This document shows positions 1 through 13,676 of a DNA stretch of 64,000 nucleotides, in pieces. Within the stretch, counting starts at the first letter, position 1; each line of letters begins with the position of its first letter. The notes under the pieces were generated by a model that saw nothing but the letters and a program-made list of their open reading frames with translations, was not told the DNA's origin and did no database searches. Source of the DNA: Dendrobates tinctorius. Lineage: Eukaryota. A program made the position numbers and the translations under genes. Location: positions 16,926,001 to 16,990,000 of the forward strand of contig NW_027361684.1 in the NCBI RefSeq assembly GCF_039654945.1, in the 5' to 3' direction.

Positions 1-219
1 TGTATGGTGTGCACAATTAGTAGGGTGTTTTGAGTGTTGTGGTGTTGGATAAACATGTAACTAACCGGGAAGTCCTCTCAATGCTCTGTAACCCAACTGA
101 AGCGGGGGAGAGGTGCCGCCCCTTATGTCTCAGTAGGTTCCTGTCCTGGCGGGGCGGATCCCTCTCTCATGTGGTGCTGTCATGGGTTCCGGAAAAACCG
201 GCTACCGGTAAGTAACCAT

Positions 220-1500
220 GGTGGTTTTTCAAGATTTCCCACCCTTCCCAGGCATTTTTGTTCTTAAGGATATCCAGCCATTGGATCCCTCCAATTCTCT
301 TTTAGAGAATTAGTATTAGATCCAAGGTAGCAGATCCCCTTGTTTTTTCCCCTACCTTTTGGAAGATAAATTTGTCAGCAAGAGAGATTAAGAATTTTCT
401 TGATCTGTTCGTTTTTAGAGATTCCCAACAAATGTCAGGATAGTTGAAATCTCCCATGACAACTATGTCATATTTTTGGAGAACTTGGCCATTTGATGCC
501 TAAAGAATTCATCCATATCTTCAGCTTGCACAGGCGGCCTGTAGTAAATGCCTACAATGGTGTCATTTCCGTTATCTCCATGTATTCTTACCCAGTTTCC
601 ACAGAACTCCCAGTCTCTGAAGCTTCAATCTCTGTGCAGATATACGCTTTTCTAACATACAATCCGACACCTCCTCATTTATCAAGTGTTTCTTGCAAAT
701 AAGTTGCATCCTTCTAGCCTTGTATTCCAATCATGTGTATTGTCCCACCAAGTTTCAGTGATTCCAATGACATATTTCTTTTCCTGCGTTAGTAGTTCCA
801 GTTCTCCTTGTTTGTTGCCCATGCTTTGTGCATTAGTATAGAAACATTTTAGTTTGTGATTGGTTTCTCTTTCTCCAATATTTTTATTATTTAGATTTTT
901 TTGTCTTTGTTCTTCCCTCCCACTTCTGATAGCAGAATCCTCAATAGTATTTGTCAGGTGTATGGCTTTTTCTGGCCTTTTGCTTCCCTTACCACATTGG
1001 TCTAGTTTAAAGCTCTCATAATTGTAGCAAGGCGACTTCCAAATACATGTTTTCCAGTCTTCGTAAGGTGCACCCCATCTCTAGCAAGTAGTCCATCGTA
1101 TAGGTAATTCACTCCGTGATCCAGAAATCCAAATCCTTGCTGACGGCACCATCGACGTAGCCAGTTGTTCACCTGCAGAATCTTATTCCATCTCCTTGTT
1201 CCATGGCCATCCACTGGGAGGATGGAAGAGAGGACCACCTGCGCTCCCAGTTCTTTCACTTTCTTACCTAAGTTTTCAAAGTCACTGCAGATGGTTTCCA
1301 GGTCGTTTCTTGCGGTGTCATTTGTCCCCAGATGTATTATCAGGAATGGGTAGTCATCTGTAGGTCTGAAGAGTCCTGATATCCTGTCACACATTTAATT
1401 TATGCACCTGGAAGACAACACATTTCTCTTGAGGTTATATCCGGTCTGCATGACCACCACTCTCTGTTTCTTCTTCACAACATTTTTCTTTCTCCATCCA
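220..1500 (-). mobile_element. CR1 LINE fragment: ORF1 SGNH-esterase C-terminus and start of ORF2 AP-endonuclease, degenerate
   Basis: ORF 1002-1394(-) has the SGNH motifs HLGTND and DGVHL typical of CR1 ORF1. The minus strand below ~850 reads LKCFYTNAQSMGNK...GITETWWD, an APE endonuclease start. Confidence 0.85.
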
Positions 1501-1512
1501 GGAGGACTCTAA

Positions 1513-2389
1513 GGCTGTGTGCCCACAATGCGATTTTTAAGTGTTTTTGCCGCGATTTTCGGCGCGAAAACGCTGCGGAAACGTTTAAAAATCGTGTACA
1601 GAACGCCCCCCCATGCATTCCTATGGCATTCCGCACATGCTGTGCTAATGCTGCGCTTTTTTCCACGGTGGAATCGCATCGCAGAAAAAATCGCAGCATG
1701 GTCATTCTTTTGTGCGGAATCGCAAAGAATTGCCGCGATTCCGCACCCATAGGAATGCATGAGAATCGCTTACTTCCCGCATGTGGCTATGCCCACCATG
1801 CGGGAAGTTAAGCGTCTCATGTGTGGAGGAGAGGAGACTGTCCTCCAGGCCCTGGGTACCATACTCCTGTAAAAAAAAGAATAAAAAATCGGGGTATATT
1901 TACCTTCCGACGTCCCGCGCTGCCTTCCCGGCCTCAGCGTTCCCAGTAATGCTTTGCGGCAAGGTCCTGTGATGACGTAGTCTCGCGTGACTCTAGCGGT
2001 CTCGCGAGATCGCTATAGCAACGCGAGACCAACGTCATCACAGGTCTCGCAAAACATCGCTGGGAACGCTGTGGCCCGGGATGGCAGCGCGGGACGTCGG
2101 AAGGTAAATATACCCCGATTTTTTATTTTTTTAACATTTTATCTTTTTCTATTGAGGCCGCATAGGCGGCCTCAATAGTAAAAAGCTGGTCACACTTGTC
2201 AAACACTATGTTTGACGAGTGTGACCAACCTGTCAATCACTTTCCAAGCGATGCTTCAAATCGCTTGGAAAGTGCTTGAGAAAATCGCAAACAGAATCGC
2301 GGTGAAATCGCGCGGAAAAAAACGCGAGATTTCTGGGAAGGAGTCTGGTTTTTAGTGTGCGTTTTAACACGCAATGTGGGCACATAGCC
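1513..2389. mobile_element. Non-autonomous PIF/Harbinger-type MITE
   Basis: TIRs GGCTGTGTGCCCACA / TGTGGGCACATAGCC, TAA on both sides, internal inverted repeats. Confidence 0.8.
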
Positions 2390-2392
2390 TAA

Positions 2393-2765
2393 AGGGTTGT
2401 TCTTTGTAAGAGCAGTGAGACTATGGAACTCTCTGCCATATGATGTTGTAATGAGTGATTCACTACTAAAATTTAAGAAGGGACTGGATGCCTTTCTTGA
2501 AAAGTATAATATTACAGGGTATATACACTAGTCTCCTTAATATTGCGTTGATCCAGGGAGCTAGTCTGATTGCCGTATGTGGAGTCGGGAAGGAATTTTT
2601 TTCCCCAATGTGAAGCTTACTGTTGCCACATGGGTTTTTTTTGCCTTCCTCTGGATCAACATGTTAGGGCAAGTTAGGATAGGATATGGGTTGAACTAGA
2701 TGGACTTAAAGTCTCCCTTCAACCTTAATAACTATGTTATGTTACCAATCCAACTATGTTATGTT
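2393..2765 (+). mobile_element. CR1 LINE 3' end with short (TATGT)n tail
   Basis: gtaagagcagtgagactatggaactctctgcc (VRAVRLWNSLP, CR1 ORF2 C-terminus), then a 3'UTR ending actatgttatgtta. Confidence 0.75.
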
Positions 2766-4083
2766 TGTGGGTAAAGTCTTATCTTTTATTTCTTCATCGT
2801 TCTCCTGCGTAAGAGCCTGGTACTGTTTCCTGAGTAGTATGGGTGCTGACTGCCTCCTGATCCTCCTGCTTCTCTGGGTCACATGCTTCCATTCCTCTGT
2901 TTCTTCAGATGCACTTCAAATTTCTTCTCTTTCTGTAACATGAAGAGATAATTCTGCTCTAAGAACTCTTCACCTTCCTTAATTATCTTCAGTGTAGCTA
3001 ACCTCTCTTCTAGATTTTTGCAACTTTTCCTCCAACAGGGGTTACAAGCTTGCATTTCTGTGAGGAGACAGGTGCTGACCCTTTTCTGCCATCATCTGAC
3101 CTCAACAAGAGTAGGAGTACAGCTAAAGAAAGGGAAATCAAATGGGGAAAAGCAGGGATTTGGTAGCTACTTATGTGCAATTTTTGTACTGGAATGAGGA
3201 CAAATTCAATTAAAGTGATTTGGAAGGTTTCATAACTTTCCATTCTAGATAAAATTATTTAAAAAAAATAAAAAGTTGCATTACTATTTAAGACACTTCT
3301 AAATGTAAAGAAGTCTATTGCTTGAATACTGTGTACAAAATTATGAAAAAAGTTTACTAATTCCAATAAAAGTTGGATTCTGTGTAAAAAGTAAAACAAG
3401 AATGCAATGATTTGGAAATCTCTCGTAGCCATATTTTATTCACAACAGCATAGATCACAGATTAGAAGGTGATAATTGACATTTTGCCATTTAATTTGAA
3501 AAAAATAAAAACTCATTAAAAAAAAAGTTGGGATATTGCCATGTCTACCATTGTGTAGCATCCCCTCTTTCTAAAACAGTTTTGGGAGCGAGGAGACAAT
3601 TGCTGGAGTTGGGGAAGAGGAATGTTGTCCCATTCATGTATGATGTAGTGTTTTAGCTGGTCCACCGTCTGGAGTCCTCTTTGCTGAATTTTTCATTTCA
3701 TAATGCACCAAATGTTTTCTGTTGGTGGAAGGTCAGGACTGCAGGCGGCCTGTTCATTCACCACCCAAACTCTTTCTGTGAAGCCATGATGTTGTCATCG
3801 GTGCAGTATGTGGTTTAGTGTTGTCCCACTGAAATTTGCAACACCTTCCCGGAAATAGATTTATGAATGGGGATCATATGTTATTCTAAACCTTTTATGT
3901 AATGTCTAGCATTGATAGTTATTTTCCAGATGTGAAAGCTGCCAGTGCTATAGGCATTAATGCAGTCCTCATACCGGCAGAGATGCAAGCTCGCTGATAA
4001 CAAGCTGGATGGTCCCTCTGCATTTGAGTCCACCGGACACGGTATCTGTGGTTGCATAAAGAATTTCACATTTTGGTTTATAT

Positions 4084-5699
4084 CAGTGGTCCCCAACCTT
4101 TTTTGCACCGGGGACCGGTTTCAAGCAAGACCATTCTTCCATGGCCCGGCAGGGCGGGGATGGAGGTGTGGCAGGGGCGGGGCTTTGGTCATAAGGGGGC
4201 GGGGCTATGGACACGGTTGTAGTGTAGCAGTGCATACTTATAATTAAATAACATTTATAATGTGACTCAACTCACCATAGGTTTTGAATAAGTGCTCCAT
4301 CACCCCCTTCTCCCCATCATTGCCTTCACCCCATCACTCCCTTCTCCCCATCATTGCCTTCTCCCCATCACTGCTGTCTCCCCATCATTGCCTTCACCCC
4401 ATCATTCCCCTCTCCCCATCATTGCCTTCACCCCATCACTGCCATCTCTCCATCATTGCCTTCACCCCATCACTGCCATCTCCCCATCATTGCCTTCTCC
4501 CCATCACTGCTGTCTCCCCATCATTGCCTTCACCCCATCATTCCCCTCTCCCCATCATTGCCTTCACCCCATCACTGCCATCTCTCCATCATTGCCTTCA
4601 CCCCATCACTGCCATCTCCCCATCATTGCCTTCACCCCATCACTGCCATCTCCCCATCATTGCCTTCTCCCCATCACTGCCTTCACCCCATCACTGCCAT
4701 CTCCCCATCATTGCCTTCACCCCATCACTCCCTTCTCCCCATCATTGCCTTCACCCCATCACTGCCGTCTCTCCATCATTGCCTTCACCCCATCACTGCC
4801 TTCTCCCCATCACTGCCATCTCCCCATCATTGCCTTCACCCCATCACTGCTGTCTCCCCATCATTGCCTTCACCCCATCACTGCTGTCTCCCCATCATTG
4901 CCTTCACCCCATCACTGCCGTCTCTCCATCATTGCCTTCACCCCATCATTGCCTTCACCCCATCACTGCTGTCTCCCCATCATTGCCTTCTCCCCATCAT
5001 TGCCTTCACCCCATCACTCCCCTCTCCCCAGCATTGCCTTCACCCCATCACTCCCTTCTCCCCATCATTGCCTTCACCCCATCACTCCCTTCTCCCCATC
5101 ATTGCCTTCACCCCATCACTGCTGTCTCCCCATCATTGCCTTCTCCCCATCATTGCCTCCACCCCATCACTCCCCTCTCCCCATCATTGCCTTCACCCCA
5201 TCACTCCCTTCTCCCCATCATTGCCTTCACCCCATCACTCCCCTCATGGCCTTCTCCTCATGTCCCCATCTCCTCCAGGGCCAGGCTACACAAACACAGA
5301 CCAACACACACACACAGACATACATGTACACACATTATACACACACAGACAGACATACATATACACACAGACACCACCTCTCTCCTCTCACCTGTCCGCC
5401 GCCCGCGCTTCCTCGCACTGACACAGCAGCGGCCGCGCTCCTCTCTGTGTCAGTCAGAGACAGGAAGCGCGGGCGGCGGGCAGGAAGCTGGACGGGTCCT
5501 TGCAGCTCCGCTCCTGCTATTCCCTCTTGCAGGCAGCGGAGCTGCTTGATCGCTCCCTGCCCGCCGCTAAGAACTGCTGCGCGCCGCCCCAGCCCCCGCT
5601 ATGCCACTGACCGCCCCTGGCTCCCCTTGTGTCCGCGGACCGGCAAGGGCACTGCAGCGGCCCGGTGCTGGGCCGCGGACCGGCGGTTGGGGACCCCTG
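4084..5699. mobile_element. Non-autonomous hAT (Charlie-like) element carrying a minisatellite
   Basis: TIRs CAGTGGTCCCCAACC / GGTTGGGGACCCCTG; 8-bp TSD GTTTATAT at 4076-4083 and 5700-5707. Confidence 0.88.
4295..5245. repeat. C-rich minisatellite, ~19-20 bp unit (ccccatcattgccttca and variants)
   Basis: Directly visible tandem array; it produces the spurious Pro/His/Ser ORFs in all three + frames. Confidence 0.95.
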
Positions 5700-6294
5700 G
5701 TTTATATGACAACAAAACAGTTTTTCATTTTGCAGCAATAAAGGCACCCCTAATTAATACTTGGCTACACACCCTCTGGCATTGATGACAGACTCAAAAT
5801 GTTTCTTGTAGCCATATATTAGCTTCCTGCACTTCTTGGCTGGTATTTTCTCCCACTCTTCCTTTGCAGTTTGTTCAAGCTCTTGAATGTTTGCAGGGTT
5901 CTTTTTCCCAATGGCAGATTGCAGCTCACCCCAAAGATTTTCAATGGGATTAAGGTCAGGACTCATTGATGGCCATTTTAAAACCGTCCATTTTTGTTTT
6001 TCAACCATTGATGTGTACTTTTGGATGTGTGCTTTGAGTCATTGTCTTCCTGGAGCACCCATTATCATCTACTCAAACCAAGTTTTCTTACATCGGGTAG
6101 CACATTTCTCTCTAAAATCTCTTGATAATTCTCTGATTTCATGATTCCTGTGATATGGACTTGTAATCAGGGACACAACATTAATCCAGCATCAAAGGAA
6201 AGCTATACTTAACTTTTGTTACTTAAATAATTAAAACATGATATCCCAGCAGGAATCACAGATACGGTCACGATGTCTCTGCAGTTAAGACTTA

Positions 6295-6700
6295 GGGTAC
6301 CGTTACACCTAGCGACTCACCAGCGATCCCGACTAGCGATATGACGCGGTCAGGATCGCTGGTGCATCGCTAGGTGGTCGCTAGTGAGCTGCCACACAGG
6401 CAGATCTCACCAGCGACATCGCTGGGGACGGGGGTCGCTACTTACCTGTCAGACGCGGCAATCCTGCGTCCTCCCGCCCGACTCCACGCGTCGCTCGTTG
6501 GCGCCACAGGAAGCCCAGCAGGAAGTGACCGACGAGGAATGGTCCAAGAGCTTCTCGCGCGATCAGCGATAACCAGCGGGGGAGCCGGTCTGAGGTAAGT
6601 ATCACATGCAGCGATATCGCTAGCAATATCGCTGCAACGTCACAAAATCGGTGACTTTACAGCGATATTGCTAGCGATATCGCAGTGTGTAACGGGGGCT
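6295..6700. mobile_element. Harbinger-type MITE (family also at 14669-15052 and 20745-21189)
   Basis: TIR GGGTACCGTTACAC / GTGTAACGG, TTA flanks; highly similar in reverse orientation to 14669-15052. Confidence 0.8.
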
Positions 6701-8282
6701 TTATTCATGACCGAGCAGATCTGATTATACAAAGAAAAGTCAAGTTTTAATGGACATTTGTGACATTATAAACCAGTGTTGGAGGTTAAATTTGATGGTA
6801 TTGGCAGTGGTATTACTTTTCCCGTAAAGTAAGGCTATGTTCACACAGCATTTTAGCATATGTTCAGTGGCTCTGTTGGGGCTTATGTCTGAAGCGCAGC
6901 AAAGCAGAATTCAGGCACAAGTACTGATAGGGAAATTAATTGTAGTGATGCAGACTGAGTTACTTTACAGCTGTATAAGCCTAGTTGAGGTGGGCAGCAA
7001 GACCCGTGAGCGGTCTTTATTAGCTCCCATATCAGAGAGCAGTTTTACCTGCACTTATTCTCTCAGTTGATTTGTCGCCTTCATTAAAAATTCAAGCCTT
7101 TAAAAAAAAGCGGCCTGATCAGTAATGTCTGTATGTGATGGTTTCTTGAAGGGTCTTTCATTTGTCCCCAACACGGATTTTGATTTATTTAGGTCAGTTA
7201 AGGATCTTAACTTATTTTTACTTAAAGTTAGGTGGAAAAAGTTTTTTCAGAAACAAGATTCTCGTATGAGTTTAGAATTAGGTATTCCTGGAGATCCAAG
7301 ATGGCCGCTGACCAGGGAGGTCGCATCTAACACAGCTCCCTGTCACACTCCACCATCCGAGCCATCCAGCCTTGGAGAACACCTATTTTGCCATCAAAAA
7401 TACACCAGCTGCAACCTGTAACATCAGGGTCTTGGAGGATTTGGATCTGGTAGACTGTCGAACCTCTGCACGCTCTCCCCAGGTTGGTGACTGCTGCACC
7501 CATTCTCCTCTCCAGCTTGGACTGTCTGGGTTCCTCCCTGCTCCCTGACACCCAGCATCACCAGCCCGCATATTTCCAGTTACATACTGAGCTATCGTCA
7601 GTAGCTGTGCACAGGGCATGTAGGGTCTGGGGTGGTTCAGCGGAGAGCAGAGATGAAAGAAGCAGGGGGAGAGGCCCTCACTTCCTGTCCCACCACCATT
7701 AACAGGAGGAGCACAGGCTAACAGCAGTTGGGAGATACAGCAGAAATGCTACTGAACTTCAACACCGCTGACCCTGGTACTTAAAACTGCTGATAATTCA
7801 GGCTGACAACTGATATTGCTGGGTCTGTTTTCTCTCCTAATTGCTCTGGGATCATAAACATCAAAGGCTATCAGCCTGTGTAAGGCAGAGACAGACAGTA
7901 ACCAGAGCCACTGTTACCTAGATTAACCCTTTATAGCCCTGCTCAGAGAAGCTCTAGCTCACTGCTCGGGCTGCTTTTGGGATTGCAAGCTGTGTCCCTG
8001 GACTGACGTCTTGTGTATTTTGGAGGCAATAGAGAAGCTGTGCATAGAGCTTTACTACACACCATAATAAGCTCTCATCTTAGTGGATTGTACAGCTTTT
8101 TATTCTCCAATCCTGGTTTACCACAACTTTAACCAGTAGGATCTACCAGTATTATACCCGGATTCATACCATAAAGCATTTACTGATAAACAATGTCGTA
8201 TTAAACACCCCTTAGCCAGCAAGGGGAGCCATTGCACCATAACCTGACTATAGTCTCCTATACAGAGCATTCCTGCAACACT

Positions 8283-9345
8283 ATGGGGAAGTCGAGTGTT
8301 AAACCCCCCAAAAATACATCTAAAGCTGTGAAATCTGTTACCCAAGCTGATGTTGACCAATTTTTAAAGAAACAGGGCACTACAACAAATTCAACAAAAC
8401 CCGCCAAACGCACAGATTTGTCCTGCATAGATGATTCTGACTCCGAGGTGGAGAGTGACACAGATGGAGAGAGCTCGTCTAAAGACCCCATGGTTACCCG
8501 CTCCTTCATAAAGCGTATATTGATTAAAGCCCTTGAACCAATTAGTCGTGAGTTGGCAGAGATAAAGCATGACCTAACCCAACAGGGCCACAGACTGGAG
8601 ACGCTTGAACTGTCCCAAACTGCATTCTCACAGCAATCCAATGCGCTGCTTGATAGCCTGAACACTCATGAACAGCAACTACATCTGATCCATAATACCC
8701 TGGAAGATCACGAGAACCGAGAACAATATTAGGATTAAAGGCCTTCCCGAATCTGTGGCATTTGAGGCTTTGGGCAAAGCTGCATTAGAGATTTTCAGGG
8801 GCCTGCTTGCTGACGACGATACCCAAGATATTGAGCTAATCCGGGTCCATAGGGCCCTCCGCCCTAAACCACCCCAAGGAGAGGCGCCCCGAAATGTATT
8901 ATGTCGCTTTCTGGACTACCGAGTCAAGGATCTGATTCTGCGTAGAGCAAGGGAACAGCAGGAGATCATCTATGAGAGCACACGAATCCAGCTCTTTCAG
9001 AATCTGTCGGCTATTACTCTGAAAAAATGAATGTTGTTGAAACCTTTCACGGAGGCTATATTGCAGAGGGGTCACCGTTTCCGTTGGCTATTCCCTTTCG
9101 GAGTCCACGTGACGGCAGGAGACATGAAGATCATCGCCAGGTCATCCGCAGATGTTAGAGCTGCCTGCAAAACCCTTGGCATAACTCTTGAATCCTACCC
9201 GGATCTGGAGACATTTCGTTCTGCGACGCTGATTCAACCTCTTCCGAGCCCAGTCCCTTGGCAACAAACGACCCCGAGGGCACAGCGCGTGAGGAGAAAG
9301 TCAGCTAAATCTCCGACTCCTAAAATACCTGATGAGGACACCTGA
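8283..9345 (+). pseudogene. L1 ORF1p (coiled coil + RRM/CTD), frameshift ~8730, stop at 9028
   Basis: LEDHENR..NIRIKGLPE, IELIRVHRAL, FRWLFPF motifs across three ORF pieces. Confidence 0.88.
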
Positions 9346-9871
9346 GTGGTATTTGCACTCAATCTTGTTACATTTTGTCGCCTGTCTTTTCCTAGTCATT
9401 TAAGGAAGGGAAAACTGTTTTGATTCTTTCTACTGGGACGCTGTTAGTCTCGGTCAAGGGATCCAAAAACAGGTTGCGGCTTTTCTTCCTTCTTGAAGCC
9501 CTAAGTATGCTATTTGTCTCACTCTACCCCTTCCCCTTCAGTCCTTGGCTCCATTGTTCGCTACTTCAAGTAGCTCCTGTTACGCATTGCTCAACAAGGA
9601 CGACTTAGTTAAATATAGCTTTGTATGTTGAACGTGCTCCCCAAAACTGGCTACCAATGCCACGCATTATATATGTTATCTGAGTTTGAATATGAAAATG
9701 TTATATATAGTTTTCTGTTAACAAAACTAATGTTCCTCCTTTTCCATCTCTCTATGGTTTCTAGACTTTTCTCTTCTTCCACTCTTCCTATCCCTTCCCA
9801 CCTCCTAATCCCTATAGGCACAGACAGCACCTTTTTACGGGAAACACCAGACAAGATTGTTCTATATCACT

Positions 9872-12800
9872 ATGCCGGACACCGATAAGGTAATTACTTT
9901 TGCATCCCTAAACGCCCATGGCCTAAATTCACCGAGCTCCAGACACCCCACACTACATAGACTTAAAAAACAAAAGGCGGACGTGATATTTGTCCAGGAG
10001 ACCCATTTTAAACCTAATAGACTACCGAACTTTGAACGATCAAGCTATGACACATGGTACCATGCCACCTCAACCCAGTCTGGTTCGAGGGGAGTTTCCA
10101 TCGCTATACTGAGGGGAGTTTCATTCCAATTCAGAGAATCCCTCATAGATCCTCAAGGGCGTTACGTATGTGTTAAAGGTTTACTCAATGGCTCGTTGAT
10201 GACTCTTTGTAGCCTGTACGCACCCAATAAAAAACTGTTAAAATGGTTAATATCGACCCTAAAAAAGATAGAGAGCTTTAGAGAGGGTGTGCTCTTGATC
10301 GGAGGAGACCTAAACATTGCAATGGAACCTATGCTGGACACTTCCAAACAAAAAAGCGCTATCTCTCCTAGAGATCTGATGAGACTGCGTACTATTCTTA
10401 ATTCTATGCAGTTAATAGACTCATGGAGATACTTAAACCCCTCCGCACGAGATTACACTTTCTGTTCCAACCCCCATAAGTCCTATCATCGTATAGATTA
10501 CATTTTTGTGCCGAGATCGCTCTTGCCAAGACTGTCTACTGCAAACATAACCCCGAACGCTTACTCAGACCATGCCACTGTTTTAATATCAATTTCTACA
10601 CCCAGAACGCACTCAGGTACCAGGTCTTGGCAAATAAATTAATCACTGCTGGGCTTACCTGATATTTGGGCGCGACTTAATAAAAGACTTCATCAATACT
10701 TCCAACAAAACGAAATAGAGGGGACCTCCACCCAGACCCTTTGAGAAGCGCATAAAACAGTGCTGAGAGGCGAACTTATCTCCATTGCATCTTATTACAA
10801 TAAAAAGAGACATCAGGAAGTCCAGAGCTTATACGACGATATAGCTGAGCTGGAGATGCGACACAAAAAAAACATTGACCATACAACTCTAGCCTCCATC
10901 CCTCACAAGAGACAAAAATTGAAAGATATTCTTAATGCCAGTTCGGCAAAAATGTATAGGTCATGGAAAAATAGAATGTTTGCGCATGGAGATAAGGCCT
11001 CCAAATTCTTTCTATCCTGGCTCCGTATAAGGCAAGCCCGAACCCAAATCCACTCCATCATGAACTCCCATGGTGTTACAGCACAGAACCCCACCCATAT
11101 TGAGACAGCCTTTCTGGAATACTATACACAGCTTTATAATCTCCGTCCAAGTGACACGGGGGCTCATATGCTGCAGAGAAGGTCAGACACTGCTCACTTT
11201 CTGCAGACGTTGAATCTCCCTACATTAACAATATCTCAACAAAATGAACTAACTAAACCTTTCACGCTGGAGGAGCTTCGGTCTACCCTGTCGAAGTGTC
11301 CTAAAGGCAAAGCCCCTGGCCCAGTTGGATTCTCGGCACAATATTACAAAACTTTCTCCCCCCTCCTCTTGCCTCATCTCCTGAAGATCTGTAACGATAC
11401 ACTTGAGGGTCAACCACTTCCACAACAAATGCTCAAAGCCAAAATATCATTAATACACAAAGATGGCAAGGACCCGACCTTATGTAGCAGCTACAGACCC
11501 ATATCTCTGTTGAATATTGACCTGAAACTACTGGCCAGCATGTTTGCACGTAGGATTGCCGAGTTCTTGCCAGATCTGATCTCATTGAATCAAACTGGTT
11601 TTGTGGGCGGGAGAGAGGGAAAGGATAATACTCACAAAATTCTACACCTCCTTCAATATGCCAAAGCTCACAAGATCCCTTTAGTTTTGCTGGGTACAGA
11701 TGCTGAAAAGGCCTTCGACAGGGTGGACTGGATTTATTTGGAGGAGACGCTCTTACGCTTCGGCTTGCCATCTGCGCTAGTTACAGCCATTATGGCTATG
11801 TATCATAACCCGACTGCACGCATCAAGATTAACAATTCATTGACGAACACATTTACCATCCACAATGGGACCAGACAGGGCTGCCCGTTGTCTCCACTGT
11901 TGTTTGTCCTGGCAATGGAGCCTTTATTGATCTCAATACAAGAAAATCAGAGGATAGAGGGCATCAGAATATACAACTCTCATTTTAAAACGGCAGCTTT
12001 TGCTGATGACCTTCTAGTCCTCTTATCCAATCCTCTAAAGGGTCTCCTTGCTTTGATGGCGCTAGTGGAGAAATACGGCAACCTCTCTAATTTCAAAATA
12101 AATTTGTCCAAATCGGAAGCTCTGGACTTTCATGTCCCCACACACTCCCTAACAAAACTGAAAAACTTATACCCGTTCACTTGGCCTAAGTCCCATATCA
12201 CTTATCTTGGGGTGAAGATAGGTAGATCAGACCGGGATTTATTTAAATTGAATTTTCTCCCTCTGCTTGACTCCACAGTAAGTCTAATTAAGCAGTGGAG
12301 AGACTCCTATCTATCATGGATGGGGAGGAAGAATATAATGAAAAGTCTGATTCTCCCTAAATTTACCTACTTATTTCAGATGTTACCCATAAAAATACCA
12401 TTGTCTTATCTTCAGAAAGTGAACTCCCTTTTCTCCATATATATGTGGAAGAGTAAAAAGCCCCGCATATCTTACCGCTTGCTGACGCTCCCAAGGACAT
12501 GTGGGGGGGATGGGCGCACCAGACATCAGACGCTACTATAGAGCTGCAATCTTGTCTAGGACGGTGGACATCCTACGAGGTTCCAAAGATAGGCAGTGGA
12601 TCGAGATTGAGGAGGCACTTGCCCCCCTTCCTCTCAGATCCCTTTTCCTAATACAGTCCCATAATCGACCTAACACCCCTCTACTAAATTCACATACTAA
12701 AGCCACACTCAAAATATGGCAAGACTCCATAGACATCTTAGCCCCACCTCTCTCCCCCTTACTTAGACTCTCGGACATTCTAGCCCATTCAATGCCACAC

Positions 12801-13676
12801 TCAGGGCAAACTAGAGATCATCTAAAGTACTCTAACATTTCTATTGATCATTTACTACAGGAAGGATTGCTCGCCCCTCTACCGGAATTGCAGCATCACC
12901 CAAGTTTATCATCTTTAAACTTTGTCCAATACGGCTCCATCAAAGAATTTATAAAACGGCATATTAAACATACCAATCTAGCCAGAGTTCTAACTAACTA
13001 TGAAATGCTTTGCACCAGAATCTCTAGACCCAAGAAAATATTCTCTACTGTCTACCGGACCCTATTGACCTCTGATACCTGCCCGAAGAGAGCATATATT
13101 TCTCATTGGGAACGAGACTTAGGTTATCACTTCACACCGGCGCAGACTCTTTATATTTATAAGCACTCCCATGGCCCGATCCAGAGTGTCCGAGCACAGG
13201 AGAACTCTTTCAAAATAATCACGAGATGGTTTCATACACCACTCCGGAGTTCTGGTTGGAGTGCAGATGCATCACCTACGTGCTGGAGATGCGGAACGGG
13301 TACTGGCAGCTATTTTCATATTTGGTGGCAATGCCTCATCATCCTTAAATTCTGGCAACAAGTTGAGCACCTTATTAATACTGTGGTACAGAAAAAACTG
13401 AGTCTGAAACCAGAGACAGCTTTATTGAATTTCTTGATCTGGCCTGAACATAGAAAGGCATCGATTTTGGCCCAACATATTCTTGCTGCGGCCAAATTGT
13501 TAATACCGGTCCACTGGAAAACTACTAGCCTTCCAACTTTACTGCAACTCCAGGATAAGGTTCACTTGCTTTATCATGTGGCAAAAACGGTGCTCCTGGT
13601 GAACCATGCTCAGGCTTCCTTCCTGGACATTTGGCAACCATGGGTTAACTATAGATCCTCATCCCTTACTAAATAA
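9872..13676 (+). pseudogene. L1 ORF2p (APE endonuclease, RT, Cys-rich C-terminus); stops at ~10640 and ~10742, frameshift ~12505
   Basis: SLNAHG/QETH/GGDLN/IDY/SDH endonuclease motifs; [25 protein letters not shown] and FADD RT motifs; CWRC..HIWWQC. Confidence 0.93.

Larger units (their letters stand above)
3360..6150 (-). mobile_element. Decayed Tc1 transposon fragments, interrupted by a hAT element
   Basis: ORF 5754-6008(-) has [17 protein letters not shown] degenerate WSDE-region spans the hAT insertion point. Confidence 0.65.

Noticed and set aside
1-215. Possible LTR end at the window start
   Set aside because: Truncated by the window edge; no second terminus or TSD to confirm.
4284-5785. 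355-497 aa Pro/His/Ser-rich ORFs
   Set aside because: Open in all three frames because the minisatellite lacks stop codons; not a gene.
7114-7126. 13-bp inverted match to 18288-18300 as the ends of the first Penelope
   Set aside because: Too short and no TSD found, so the boundaries are left approximate.
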